From the IMG/VR virus record IMGVR_UViG_3300029983_000007, positions 1 to 64,000 of that record: 64,000 nucleotides of DNA; one strand, given 5' to 3'. Every line of letters starts with the position of its first letter. The stretch's first letter is position 1. Shown here piece by piece: positions 8,969-19,266 of the stretch. A model generated the notes under the pieces. It was not told where the DNA came from, did not search any database, and saw only the letters and a program-made list of their open reading frames with translations. Position numbers and translations under genes: made by a program.

Positions 8969-10186
8969 ATGGCAAAAATAGACATTGAGTATATAAAGAG
9001 TAAGATTTCAGAAGTATTAAAAAATGCTCATTCTGATCCCCGTAAATTTATTATTAAAGATTATAATGATAGAATAAATTTTGCATGTCCAGTATGTGGA
9101 GATTCACATAAAGATCCTAACGCAAAAAGAGCAAATATATATAAGGATAACCCTACATTTATGGTTTGCTTCAATGAAGATTGTAGAGCAAGTGTTACTC
9201 ATTTGTGTCGTGACTTTAATGTAGAAATAGGATTAGAAGAAAAACAAGCATTGTATGATTTTGCTGATTCTCACATGAAGTTTGATAGGAAGAAAGATGT
9301 TTATATTCCTTCGAATTTGAATAAATTGATTGATATAGATGAATTTTCAAACTATGTAAATGAACATTCAGAAAATCAGATTTCAAAATTTAAACCAATA
9401 CAATTTAATTCTGCAGCTTATCAATATTTGAAATATGATAGATTAATTGAAGATTTTGAAAATATTTATGAGTGTGATTATAAGTTAACAGATAGATGGA
9501 CTGAGAAGTGTATTGTTATGCTGAATAAGTCAGGTAAGAAAATGTTAGGAATGCAAATTAGAAACATGAAACCTGGAGATAAAAGATTTTTTAAGATTTT
9601 TAATTTTGAAAAAGTATATTCAATTTTACATCCTGATGAAGTATTAGATGAATTAGAAATGTTATCTTATAATAAGCTTTCTAATTTTTTCAATATATTA
9701 AATGTTGATTGGAATGAACCAGTGACAATATTTGAGGGTATGTTAGATTCATTGTTTATGAATTATGGTAATTCACATAGTAATTCAATTGGAGCAATAG
9801 GGTTGAATAGTATTGATACAGACTTATCATTTTTATTTGATTCTGACTTGGATATTCAATTCTTTTTAGACCAAGATAATGTTGGTATCAGAAAATCTCA
9901 AACTCTCTTAGAACAAGGATATAAGGTTTTTTTGTGGCAAAAATTAGTAGAAGATTTATTAAAAAACAAAAAAGATAAATATGTAGCTAAGAAATATTTA
10001 ATTAAAATTAAAGATTTAAATAAATTGGTACAGGAAATAAAAGATATGGAAAAATTTAAAAAAATAAATTTACAAAAATATTTTTCAAATGATGTTTTTG
10101 ATAAATTATATTTAGATGAAACTTTATATCCTAAACCAGATAAGTTTGGTAAAAAACCATATGATAAAAACAAATATAAAAAATGA
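8969..10186 (+). CDS. DNA primase, T4 gp61-like
   Basis: N-terminal CPVCGDS zinc finger with KRANIY and C..C; TOPRIM IFEGMLDSLF...DQD..G. Confidence 0.88.
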   Translation: MAKIDIEYIKSKISEVLKNAHSDPRKFIIKDYNDRINFACPVCGDSHKDPNAKRANIYKDNPTFMVCFNEDCRASVTHLCRDFNVEIGLEEKQALYDFADSHMKFDRKKDVYIPSNLNKLIDIDEFSNYVNEHSENQISKFKPIQFNSAAYQYLKYDRLIEDFENIYECDYKLTDRWTEKCIVMLNKSGKKMLGMQIRNMKPGDKRFFKIFNFEKVYSILHPDEVLDELEMLSYNKLSNFFNILNVDWNEPVTIFEGMLDSLFMNYGNSHSNSIGAIGLNSIDTDLSFLFDSDLDIQFFLDQDNVGIRKSQTLLEQGYKVFLWQKLVEDLLKNKKDKYVAKKYLIKIKDLNKLVQEIKDMEKFKKINLQKYFSNDVFDKLYLDETLYPKPDKFGKKPYDKNKYKK

Positions 10187-10878
10187 AAAATGATATTGAT
10201 GAATGGAATGATTTTTTAAATGAATTTGACAATTCAATTTTGAATATTTATAAGAAACATGAAAATAGTTTTGATGAATATGGAATTCATGGAAGACGTC
10301 ATATCTCACGTTCTATTGTTTTTTCTGAATTTATGTCAAGATTTTATACAAAGGAATTAGGTAAAGATATAGATTTTAAAGCAATAAGATATGCTGTATC
10401 ATTTCATGATAGTGGTAGGCAAGGTAATGGTATAGATGTATGGGAAAACGATAGTCAAAAAAATTGTTTCAAATATTTAATGAATGATTCTGATTATGAT
10501 AATCATTCTGATTATGATGAAACTAAATGTAAATACATATCTTCATTAATTAGTAAGAATCTAACAAATGATATAAATCATAATATTGTTTATGATTCTG
10601 ATGTTTTAGATATAATGAGACCTTGCTGTGGACATGGTGAGATTGAAAATTTTAGAAGAAGTGAACTTCGTTTTTTAGGACCAAAAGATAATTTTGCAAA
10701 TTGTCATTTATATGATGAAATAAGAGAAGAATTAATTATTGATGCTTGGAAATTGATAGAATACACAGAAGATAATGAAATGCTATTCAACACAAAAGAA
10801 AATAATCAACTTTATTATATGCTTAATATAGTAGATAAAAATAAATTAAATTTTAATATATTACATAAATATTTTTAA
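10183..10878 (+). CDS. HD-domain phosphohydrolase
   Basis: HG..H..R...FHDSGR...D.DVLD. Confidence 0.75.
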   Translation: MKNDIDEWNDFLNEFDNSILNIYKKHENSFDEYGIHGRRHISRSIVFSEFMSRFYTKELGKDIDFKAIRYAVSFHDSGRQGNGIDVWENDSQKNCFKYLMNDSDYDNHSDYDETKCKYISSLISKNLTNDINHNIVYDSDVLDIMRPCCGHGEIENFRRSELRFLGPKDNFANCHLYDEIREELIIDAWKLIEYTEDNEMLFNTKENNQLYYMLNIVDKNKLNFNILHKYF

Positions 10879-10910
10879 TATTTATGTAATATATAAATAT
10901 TGTAAAAATT

Positions 10911-10942
10911 TTTGGTATATACAAATAAAAATATTACATTTG
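10911..10942 (+). promoter_or_regulatory. Bacteroidota-type promoter upstream of infC
   Basis: TTTG-N20-TACATTTG. Confidence 0.7.
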
Positions 10943-10963
10943 CACAAATAAATAATAAAATAA

Positions 10964-11491
10964 ATGGCTAAACAAGAAATTAAAAACAAAATCAATAGAT
11001 TTATTACAAATCAAAGTGTTAGATTAGTTGGAGATAATGTTGAAAATTGTGTATTAGACACTAGAAAGGCACTTAGACTTGCTGATGAAATGGAATTAGA
11101 TTTAGTTGAAATATCATCTAATGATAACGTTTCTATATGTAAAATTGTTGATTATGAAAAATTTCTTTATGACAAAAAGAAAAAAGAAAAAGAACAAAAG
11201 AAAGTTCAAAAACAAAATCAAGCAGAGCTGAAAGAGATTAGAATGACTCCTAATATTGATGAGCATGATTTTAATTTTAAATTAACTCACGCAAAAAACT
11301 TTTTATCTGAAGGTAATAAAGTTTTACTATCAGTGTTTTTTAAAGGAAGAGAGATAGTGTATCAAGATCAAGGTAAAGTTAAACTATTGAAGTTTGTTGA
11401 AGCATTGGATGGTATTGGTATGGCAGAGTCTATGCCAAAATTAGAAGGTAAAAGAATGCAAATGACTATAAAACCAAAAAAGACAAAATAA
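10964..11491 (+). CDS. infC: Translation initiation factor IF-3
   Basis: VRLVG, ELDLVEIS, CKIVDYEKF, KEIRMTPNIDEHDF, FL..GNKV and PKLEGKRM motifs. Confidence 0.95.
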   Translation: MAKQEIKNKINRFITNQSVRLVGDNVENCVLDTRKALRLADEMELDLVEISSNDNVSICKIVDYEKFLYDKKKKEKEQKKVQKQNQAELKEIRMTPNIDEHDFNFKLTHAKNFLSEGNKVLLSVFFKGREIVYQDQGKVKLLKFVEALDGIGMAESMPKLEGKRMQMTIKPKKTK

Positions 11492-12211
11492 ATGGAGAAA
11501 AATGAAATGCTTAATAGCATTATTAAACTTACAAAAGAAACTGGACAAGGTTTAGCATTATCAATTATTAGAGTTGCATCTCCCGAGTATGGGAGATTAG
11601 TTGATGAGCTTATTGAAGAAGGTAAAGTAGATATTCACATCAAACATTATTCTATGTTACCATCTGATGAATGGGTTGTACCTGCAGGTTGTTATTTTGC
11701 CATTAAAGATGATGAAACATATCATCCAGGTGCTTTAATTTTTATGAGAATGTATCTAGAAATTGAAGATTTAGGAGTTGGACTTAAAATATCTAAGGTA
11801 TTAAAAGATGTTCATAGCATGGAAAATTATGCTAAATGGCTAAAAGACAATGAACAAAAACTGATTGATTTAGTTAATATGAAAGAAATTGAATTTATAC
11901 CAAATCAATTAGATGACAATACAAAAAATTGGATAAAAGATAAAACTTGGTATAAAAATAATGATACTGTAGAATCTTGTCTTAATCTGTCAGAAAAAGT
12001 TTCAAAAGAAAATGGAGATAATACACAATTAGATTTGTATGATCAACTTATGCCTTTATATAATACAGACAAAAGTAGATTTGTCAAAGAAATTGAAGAC
12101 TCTAAAATAGATATTGAAAAATTAAAAGAAAATATAAAAAATAGAAATAAGGTAAATAATTGGCTGAAAAGTCAAACACAAACAGATAAAATACAAACAC
12201 TTATAAATTAA
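11492..12211 (+). CDS. Hypothetical protein
   Basis: ORF track, co-operonic with infC. Confidence 0.6.
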   Translation: MEKNEMLNSIIKLTKETGQGLALSIIRVASPEYGRLVDELIEEGKVDIHIKHYSMLPSDEWVVPAGCYFAIKDDETYHPGALIFMRMYLEIEDLGVGLKISKVLKDVHSMENYAKWLKDNEQKLIDLVNMKEIEFIPNQLDDNTKNWIKDKTWYKNNDTVESCLNLSEKVSKENGDNTQLDLYDQLMPLYNTDKSRFVKEIEDSKIDIEKLKENIKNRNKVNNWLKSQTQTDKIQTLIN

Positions 12212-12213
12212 AA

Positions 12214-14013
12214 ATGGAAACAAAATTAAGAAAAGACATTTCAGTTGAGTTTAAATGGGATTTAACTCATATTTACAAAAATAGAGAAGATTTTGATTGT
12301 GAATGCGATAAAATTGAAGGTTTTACTGAAAAAATTCAATTATTTAATGGTAAATTATCTGATCCAAAGGAATTAAAAAATTGCTTAGATTTGATGGGCG
12401 ATGTACGAAAAATGATAACAAAACTTCATTGTTATGCTAATATGTATTTAGATCAAGAGCAAAATAATGAAGATGCTGATAAATTAGTTCAGAAAGTAAA
12501 AGATGCTGCTGTTAAGTTAGGCTCAAAATGTGCATTTATTACAGATGAAATTATCAATTTTGATGATGATACAATTTCTATGATGTTATCTTGTGATGAT
12601 TTGAAAAATTATCATTTTGATATCAAAGATACAATAAAAAATAAGAGTCACATCTTATCAAAGATAGAAGAAGAACTACTCACTAAAATCTCAGATGTTT
12701 TTTCTACGTCAAATGATGTATATACAATTTTCAAAAATACTGAGTTAAAATACTCAACTGTTACATTATCCAATGGAGAAGAAGTTTTGGTTGATGATAG
12801 AAATTATAGAGTTTTAATAGAATCAAGTAATAGAGAAGATCGTAAATTAGTTTATGATACATTCTATAAAACATTTGATGAATATAAGAATACTCTAGCT
12901 AAACTAATGTTCAAATTTGTAAAAAGTTCAACAACAGGAAGCAAAATCAGAAATTATAAATCATCTTTAGAACAGTCTCTATCATCAGAAAATATTCCAA
13001 TATCAATTTATGATGGATTGATTGAAAATGTTTCTAATAACCTTGATAAAATGTTTGATTATCTTAATTTAAGAAAAGATATTTTAGGTTATGAAGATTT
13101 GAATTATTATGATTTATATAATCCTATAGTTGATAATGTTGATTATGAATATTCATATGATAATGCTAAGAAATTACTTATTGAATCAACTGCTATTCTT
13201 GGAGAAGAATACACAGATATTATGAAAAGAGCAATTAGTGAAAGTTGGATAGATATATATCCAAATCAATTCAAAGACACTGGTGCTTATATGAATGGCT
13301 CTGTGTATGATGTTCATCCTTATATTTTATTGAATTATAAAGGTAAATATGATGATGTTTCAACTATGCTTCATGAAGCAGGACACGCAGGACATTCTGT
13401 GCTGAGTAATGCGAACCAACCTTATAATAAAGCAAGTTACTCAACATTTATTGCTGAAATTGCATCAACAACAAATGAACTTTTGTTACTCAATCATATG
13501 TTGACAACAACAGATGATAAACAATTGAAAATTTTCTTGTTGAATAACTATATTGAACATTTTAGGACTACCGTATTTAGACAAACTATGTTTGCGGAGT
13601 TTGAGAAATTTATGTATGAATCAGTAGAAAATGATGAGGTTCTAACAGCATCAATGATGAATGATAAGTATTATGAGTTACTTAAAAAGTATCATGGAGA
13701 AGATAAAAATATCATTAAGATTGATAAAATGTATGCAAATGAATGGTCACGTATTCCTCATTTCTATTATGATTTTTATGTGTTCCAATATTCAACTAGT
13801 TTTATTTCTGCAGTCATTCTTTCAACAAGAATATTAAATGGAGATAAAGAACAACTTGATAAGTATATGGAATTATTGAAATCTGGTGGTAGTGATTATC
13901 CTGTAGATTTGTTGAAAAAGGCTGGTATTGATTTAACTGACGGAGAATGTTATAAAGATGCATTCAAACAATTCTCAGAATATTTAGAAGAACTGAAGTC
14001 TTTATTGAAATGA
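12214..14013 (+). CDS. pepF: Oligoendopeptidase F (peptidase M3B)
   Basis: KWDLTHIY start, WID..P...K..GAY, HEAGH zinc motif, EIAS, W.RIPHFY..FYVFQY. Confidence 0.93.
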   Translation: METKLRKDISVEFKWDLTHIYKNREDFDCECDKIEGFTEKIQLFNGKLSDPKELKNCLDLMGDVRKMITKLHCYANMYLDQEQNNEDADKLVQKVKDAAVKLGSKCAFITDEIINFDDDTISMMLSCDDLKNYHFDIKDTIKNKSHILSKIEEELLTKISDVFSTSNDVYTIFKNTELKYSTVTLSNGEEVLVDDRNYRVLIESSNREDRKLVYDTFYKTFDEYKNTLAKLMFKFVKSSTTGSKIRNYKSSLEQSLSSENIPISIYDGLIENVSNNLDKMFDYLNLRKDILGYEDLNYYDLYNPIVDNVDYEYSYDNAKKLLIESTAILGEEYTDIMKRAISESWIDIYPNQFKDTGAYMNGSVYDVHPYILLNYKGKYDDVSTMLHEAGHAGHSVLSNANQPYNKASYSTFIAEIASTTNELLLLNHMLTTTDDKQLKIFLLNNYIEHFRTTVFRQTMFAEFEKFMYESVENDEVLTASMMNDKYYELLKKYHGEDKNIIKIDKMYANEWSRIPHFYYDFYVFQYSTSFISAVILSTRILNGDKEQLDKYMELLKSGGSDYPVDLLKKAGIDLTDGECYKDAFKQFSEYLEELKSLLK

Positions 14014-14285
14014 TAAAAGTTGGTGATAAATTATATTGTCATGATAATAGTTATAGTTTGATAAAACTAACTGAAGGAAAGTTGTACACAGTATCAGATA
14101 TTCGTGAATATGGTCATATTATAAGTACCAATAGTCGGTTAACTATAAAAGATGACGAAGATGAAAATATTTTTTTCTCAATAGATCAAGATGAAAATGA
14201 ATTATCATATAAAAACTGGTTCATAGAAAATAATGAATATAGAAAAAATAAATTATTAAAAATAGAATATAATGTTCAATATTAA
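14010..14285 (+). CDS. Small SH3-like protein with RKNKLLKI tag
   Basis: KVGDKLYC start; paralog of the next gene. Confidence 0.55.
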   Translation: MIKVGDKLYCHDNSYSLIKLTEGKLYTVSDIREYGHIISTNSRLTIKDDEDENIFFSIDQDENELSYKNWFIENNEYRKNKLLKIEYNVQY

Positions 14286-14288
14286 TAG

Positions 14289-14552
14289 ATGATGAGGTCA
14301 GGAGATAAATTGTATTGTGAACGCAATGATATCGGTATAGTAAATTTATCTATTCACAAAATATATGAAATTATTGAAGTTAAAACAGATAATTCTTATG
14401 GTAAAATTTTAATTCATGATGATGTTGATAGAATTATTAGTTTTACTATATATGTAGATAGAAATAATCTATCATATCGTAATTGGTTTCGGTTAATTAA
14501 TATAAAGGAAGAGAGAAAAATAAAACTATTTGATATAGAACATAACATTTAA
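14289..14552 (+). CDS. Small SH3-like protein with RKIKLFDI tag
   Basis: SGDKLYC start; LSY.NWF shared with the previous gene. Confidence 0.55.
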   Translation: MMRSGDKLYCERNDIGIVNLSIHKIYEIIEVKTDNSYGKILIHDDVDRIISFTIYVDRNNLSYRNWFRLINIKEERKIKLFDIEHNI

Positions 14553-14573
14553 CATAAAAAAATCTGAATTACT

Positions 14574-14604
14574 TTTGTAGTTCAGATTTTTTTATGTACC
14601 TTTG
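14574..14604 (+). promoter_or_regulatory. Bacteroidota-type promoter overlapping a terminator hairpin
   Basis: TTTG-N19-TACCTTTG within the AAAAAATCTGAA...TTCAGATTTTTTT inverted repeat. Confidence 0.6.
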
Positions 14605-14642
14605 TATTCAATTAATTATAAAACAATCTAAAAATTAAAAAA

Positions 14643-14783
14643 ATGAATGAACAATTAATTTCTTTTTACAATGTCTACATTTCTACTGGATCGAACATTG
14701 CTGAATATGCAGAGAAAAATGGTATTACACCTACTCAGTGCTTTCAATTGATCACAATGGGAGAATTTTACAGCAAAAACTAA
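14643..14783 (+). CDS. Small monocistronic protein (46 aa)
   Basis: Manual translation MNEQLISFYNVYISTGSNIAEYAEKNGITPTQCFQLITMGEFYSKN, with its own promoter and terminator. Confidence 0.6.
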   Translation: MNEQLISFYNVYISTGSNIAEYAEKNGITPTQCFQLITMGEFYSKN

Positions 14784-14802
14784 TTTGAATATTAGTTTAT
14801 AT

Positions 14803-14836
14803 AAAAAAACCAACATTAATAATGTTGGTTTTTTTT
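14803..14836. terminator. Bidirectional intrinsic terminator
   Basis: AAAAAAACCAACATT-aat-AATGTTGGTTTTTTTT between convergent genes. Confidence 0.75.
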
Positions 14837-14837
14837 G

Positions 14838-15068
14838 TTATGTATTCAATGATTTATTTATTTCTCTGTGTGTTCTTCCTCTATGAGCTAATGGGAAATT
14901 TTCATAAAACTCTTTAATTTCCTTTGAGTGTAATTTATTGTAGATAGATTCAAATTTATCTAAGAACGTTATGTCTTCATTAGATATATTAAATTCATCA
15001 GATATATTCTTGTATCTACTGAAATTTTCAGAAATCCACTTAATTCTATCTTTATTTGTCAATATCAT
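14838..15068 (-). CDS. Hypothetical protein
   Basis: ORF track. Confidence 0.5.
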   Translation of the reverse strand: MILTNKDRIKWISENFSRYKNISDEFNISNEDITFLDKFESIYNKLHSKEIKEFYENFPLAHRGRTHREINKSLNT

Positions 15069-15070
15069 AA

Positions 15071-15973
15071 TTACATAACTTTCTTAACACTTCTATCTCC
15101 AGTATCAAATACAGAATATGTTACATTTTTAGTTGATAATCTTAATTCTAAGAATTGATCCATTGCAGCCTTGACAAACTTAGGATCATCATCAGAGAAA
15201 CCATATTCAACATTTATACCTAAATTGTTTGCATACTTATTAACTAATACATTAAATTCTTGTAGTGCAACTTTTTTAGAATCTTCCACTGACATTATAC
15301 CATATTTTTCAATAAAATAATCAGAAGAAACAGTGTAAATTGGACATAACTCAATATAGTAATCAATTACTTGATGTGATTCAGTACCAAATATCTTGTG
15401 GTATTTCAAAAGATTATTAATCATTTGAGTTTTAAAATCAACATCTTTATCTACATTTTCAATTTGTAAATCTTTGAAATTTTCTAACCCGTATTCATAT
15501 ATAAGCCAATATAAAGCTTTCTTTATGTTTTTTGGTGAGTGTCCTCTCGATGTTACAATAGAGAATATATTACCATTTATGATGCATTCAAGAAATGTTG
15601 TCCAAGAAGGTGCAAATTTCTTATTCATTACAGCATCTTTGAAATCAACAATGAATGTCTCATCTTTTAGTTTGCCCCAATCTCTAAAATTTGAAAATGA
15701 TAGTTGTCCTGGTTTGTATCTCCATCCTTCTGCACTTCTAACTTGAGAAAACATTATGGTATCTACTTCTTCATCAATCCATTCATCTTTCACTAAATGT
15801 TCCATGATAATTTTTGTGTTTGTATACAGTAAATTATCATCAATATCAAATGAATAATATTTGAATATATTTTCGTTAATTTTACTTTTCTTTTGAGGTT
15901 TTGAATTTTCAACTTTTGTATTCATTATATATCTTTTAAGTGAGTTATTATAATTATGAATACAAATATACAA
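15071..15973 (-). CDS. HAD-superfamily-like hydrolase
   Basis: FDIDDNL (motif I), IVTSRGH (motif II), GFSDDD (motif IV). Confidence 0.7.
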   Translation of the reverse strand: MYICIHNYNNSLKRYIMNTKVENSKPQKKSKINENIFKYYSFDIDDNLLYTNTKIIMEHLVKDEWIDEEVDTIMFSQVRSAEGWRYKPGQLSFSNFRDWGKLKDETFIVDFKDAVMNKKFAPSWTTFLECIINGNIFSIVTSRGHSPKNIKKALYWLIYEYGLENFKDLQIENVDKDVDFKTQMINNLLKYHKIFGTESHQVIDYYIELCPIYTVSSDYFIEKYGIMSVEDSKKVALQEFNVLVNKYANNLGINVEYGFSDDDPKFVKAAMDQFLELRLSTKNVTYSVFDTGDRSVKKVM

Positions 15974-15994
15974 ATAATATTTTGAATAAAAAAA

Positions 15995-16270
15995 TTATAA
16001 GTTATATTTTTTTGATGATAGATGTATTTTTATTTCAGGTATTGCATTTAAGTCTACAATTTCTTCTGTTACTTTTTTTATCCACATATTATTGTCATAT
16101 CCTTTCATACATAAATAACAGTTAACAATTTCATCTAAATCAAATGGATTTGCATCAGGTTCAATTTCTTCTGAATCTCCATTTTTATCAATTTTCATTA
16201 GTTTATATTCAGGATCATATATAACTGGGTCAATTATATTTTCAAATTTTTCAAATTTTCTAATTTCCAT
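15995..16270 (-). CDS. Putative virion-packaged protein (CTS-like N-terminus, KKYNL C-terminus)
   Basis: MEIRKFEKFE...SSKKYNL. Confidence 0.55.
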   Translation of the reverse strand: MEIRKFEKFENIIDPVIYDPEYKLMKIDKNGDSEEIEPDANPFDLDEIVNCYLCMKGYDNNMWIKKVTEEIVDLNAIPEIKIHLSSKKYNL

Positions 16271-16272
16271 AT

Positions 16273-16527
16273 TTAATTATTATGTTTATTATAATATTTC
16301 GAAACAGTAGGATTGAAGAAATTACGTACAATTAAGTTAGATTCTATTGTATAAACTAATAATTTTTTAAGTTTATCAAGAAATGTGCTTGTTGTTTCAT
16401 TTTGAAACATTAAGTTAGATAATGATTTTGTCATTAATTCATCTTCATAATCAAAACCTTTTTCAATATTATCATTTATATGTTTTAAATCATATAATTC
16501 TTTAATTTGCATATCTTTTTCTATCAT
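16273..16527 (-). CDS. Hypothetical protein
   Basis: ORF track. Confidence 0.5.
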   Translation of the reverse strand: MIEKDMQIKELYDLKHINDNIEKGFDYEDELMTKSLSNLMFQNETTSTFLDKLKKLLVYTIESNLIVRNFFNPTVSKYYNKHNN

Positions 16528-16529
16528 AG

Positions 16530-17069
16530 TTAAATATTGAATTTTTTTGTTGCGTCATAAGATTCTATGTCATTTATGAAATATATTAATAATTGATATT
16601 CATCTTTATTGAATGTGTAATCCCTGCTACGATTGAATACATCATTGTCTGTTATTCCTATTTCTAATGCATCATTTCCAGTTTCAGTATAAGTATAAAA
16701 ATCAACATATTCAGAATCTTTACATAAATTATTAAATTTTAGATATTCAGTGATCCATACAAATGTATCATTTCTATCAGATATTATTTTTATATAATTA
16801 TTTATTCCATTTTCCTTTAAATGTTTCTTATATTCTATCATTCTATTTTTTGATATTTCAAATTCTTCTTCATTTTCTATGCTATCAGTATATGCTATCA
16901 TATTACCATCCCAAAAATCAGTTATTTTAACTATATCTTCTATTTCCTCATATATTTTCAAATATTCAATTGTATATTCTAGTAATTCATCATATCTATC
17001 TACAATTTTAGATAATTTATCTTCCTGAATTGTACTTTCATTTAACTGAATAAATCTTTTAATTATCAT
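16530..17069 (-). CDS. Putative virion-packaged protein (CTS-like N-terminus, KKFNI C-terminus)
   Basis: MIIKRFIQLNE...ATKKFNI. Confidence 0.55.
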   Translation of the reverse strand: MIIKRFIQLNESTIQEDKLSKIVDRYDELLEYTIEYLKIYEEIEDIVKITDFWDGNMIAYTDSIENEEEFEISKNRMIEYKKHLKENGINNYIKIISDRNDTFVWITEYLKFNNLCKDSEYVDFYTYTETGNDALEIGITDNDVFNRSRDYTFNKDEYQLLIYFINDIESYDATKKFNI

Positions 17070-17677
17070 TCTGTTAATTTATTCTTTTTATCTGTCCAAA
17101 TATAATAACCATTGAATTCATTGTCATATACCATATTACCTAGTGTAGATATCACATTTAATGTTGTATCAAATGTTATAGTTTGTTGAAAAGAATATTT
17201 GACTTTTTCTTTATCAATAAAAGACAATGGTTTCATCATTATACCAAAAACATTTAATGAATCAGGTATATCTGAATAAAATTCTGATAACGCAAAAGTT
17301 ACTAAATTTTCTCTGATGTTTTCAATATCTTCTTTATCAAAAATACTACATTTGAATACTACTTTTTCAGTACCTAAAATGTCACCTGACATATCATTGA
17401 TCTTATATTGATGTTTCTTTTTGTCCATTAAATCAATATATTGATCATATGTTTTAAAATAATCAACAAGAGTTTTTGTGTATTTAGGTGTTGCTAATTT
17501 TATGTTATAAAAAAATTCATCTAATTTTACATTAGGTATTTGAAACTCATATAATGGAGACCATTCTGTAAATTTTTTTATACTATTTATTTCATTTATC
17601 ATTTTTGTGTAATTATTTTTTATATCAAAGACCTTCACCTGCATAACTATCAGCTTCATCCGCCTGTGCTTCTTCAC
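17066..17677 (-). CDS. Hypothetical protein
   Basis: ORF track; true start probably downstream of the annotated one. Confidence 0.55.
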   Translation of the reverse strand: MKKHRRMKLIVMQVKVFDIKNNYTKMINEINSIKKFTEWSPLYEFQIPNVKLDEFFYNIKLATPKYTKTLVDYFKTYDQYIDLMDKKKHQYKINDMSGDILGTEKVVFKCSIFDKEDIENIRENLVTFALSEFYSDIPDSLNVFGIMMKPLSFIDKEKVKYSFQQTITFDTTLNVISTLGNMVYDNEFNGYYIWTDKKNKLTE

Positions 17678-17858
17678 GAAGTATCATTATATATTCTTTC
17701 TCTTTTGTTGACAATTTGTTAAACCAATTTATTATATTTAGTTTTTCTTCTTTAGATAAATCAGAATTCCAGTTGAATAATCCACTGCCATTGATTGAAT
17801 ATTCTTCTTCCTGAGTAATATTTTCATTTGTTGTACTATATTCTCTAACATTTTTCAT
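17625..17858 (-). CDS. Hypothetical protein
   Basis: ORF track; starts MKNVREYSTTNE. Confidence 0.5.
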   Translation of the reverse strand: MKNVREYSTTNENITQEEEYSINGSGLFNWNSDLSKEEKLNIINWFNKLSTKEKEYIMILREEAQADEADSYAGEGL

Positions 17859-17859
17859 T

Positions 17860-18546
17860 TTATTTATTTATTATTTTTAGGAAATCTTTGTATTGTTCAT
17901 CTGATAATTTAAGTTCTCCACTAGTGTCACCTCCATTTGATGTATAAGAAATATTTAACATTTTTTCATTTTTTAATAATCTAATACTAAAATCTATGTT
18001 ATTTAAACTAAATCTTATAAAAAATCTATCATTCAAGTCTATTATTGGAATTTTATCTAATTTCTTTAATTCATCTAGTATATTTAAAACTAATAATTTA
18101 TTGAATTCTGAAGTTTTGCTTCTTATTTTTTTGATATTATTAGAAATGAATACTGATTTTAAAAATTTATATAAAAAGAATCCAATTGCAAAAGATGTTA
18201 TTAATCCTAATGATTCATTTTTGTAATCATAAGAATTAAACTCTTTTATGTGTGTTAGTTTTTTATTTTTATATACATCATCTTTATCTTTTGCTATTAA
18301 GTCATCTAATATATCATTTAATACGCTTCTCACTAAATTCTTATACTCAGTATCATCTGTTATTATATTAGCACCTTTGTTTTTTATATCTTCTAAAACT
18401 TCATTAAACCTTTTTGAGTTTCTGTAATATTTTTTTAATGATTGAGGAGTTGCACCTTTATTTATATAAAAATTTATAATAGGATATAATTCAGAGAATA
18501 TATCTGATTTCGCTTGCTTAGTTAAGTTAGAATTTTCCATATTCAT
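17860..18546 (-). CDS. Hypothetical protein with internal CTS-like motif and one TM segment
   Basis: Internal LTHIKEFNSYDYKNE followed by a hydrophobic helix. Confidence 0.55.
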   Translation of the reverse strand: MNMENSNLTKQAKSDIFSELYPIINFYINKGATPQSLKKYYRNSKRFNEVLEDIKNKGANIITDDTEYKNLVRSVLNDILDDLIAKDKDDVYKNKKLTHIKEFNSYDYKNESLGLITSFAIGFFLYKFLKSVFISNNIKKIRSKTSEFNKLLVLNILDELKKLDKIPIIDLNDRFFIRFSLNNIDFSIRLLKNEKMLNISYTSNGGDTSGELKLSDEQYKDFLKIINK

Positions 18547-18592
18547 ATATATTAATATTTATTTTCTAAAAATATTTTTTATATATAATTAC

Positions 18593-18958
18593 ATGATAAC
18601 TAACTTTAAACTATTTGAAGATTATGATAAAAAATTAGTTTGGAATATACCAGTAAAAATGCCAGATTTTTATTTGTCATTGAAAAAAATTGGAATGTCA
18701 GATAGAGTAATTAAAGATTGGTTAAGGCTTCGTCAGAATAAAGTGTTTTCAACTAAAGATACTAATACTAATTTTGAAACTATTTCATTAGTAAAAGATT
18801 CAGAACAAGAAGACTCATATACATGGTATTGGTATCCAACATCAGAAAGTGATGAATATACTATATATATGGGTAAATTAGAATGTACTCCAGAAGAAAT
18901 TCATAAATACTATGATGACATTGAATTTAAAAAAAATATTACCAAATTTAATATATGA
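18593..18958 (+). CDS. Putative virion-packaged protein
   Basis: MITNFKLFE...ITKFNI; preceded by TTTTTTTATATATAA. Confidence 0.6.
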   Translation: MITNFKLFEDYDKKLVWNIPVKMPDFYLSLKKIGMSDRVIKDWLRLRQNKVFSTKDTNTNFETISLVKDSEQEDSYTWYWYPTSESDEYTIYMGKLECTPEEIHKYYDDIEFKKNITKFNI

Positions 18959-19266
18959 TAACTAACTTTAAACTATTTGAAACAATTAATGTAGGTAAAC
19001 CAGAAATTGGAGATTTTGTGATATGTAATGAAGATGATTCTACGTCTGAGGTTACGTATTTTACCTCAAATAATATAGGTAAATATATTAAGTATAATTA
19101 TGACATTGAATATCATTATGCTATATATTATGAAGATACACCAAAAGATTTAGGTGTATATTTTTCAAACGGTGAAAGAAATATGACATTAGATGAAATA
19201 AAATATTGGTCAAAAAATAAAGAAGAATTGGAATATATAATTAAAACAAATAAATTCAATTTATGA
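18955..19266 (+). CDS. Putative virion-packaged SH3-like protein
   Basis: MITNFKLFE...PEIGDFVIC...TNKFNL. Confidence 0.6.
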   Translation: MITNFKLFETINVGKPEIGDFVICNEDDSTSEVTYFTSNNIGKYIKYNYDIEYHYAIYYEDTPKDLGVYFSNGERNMTLDEIKYWSKNKEELEYIIKTNKFNL

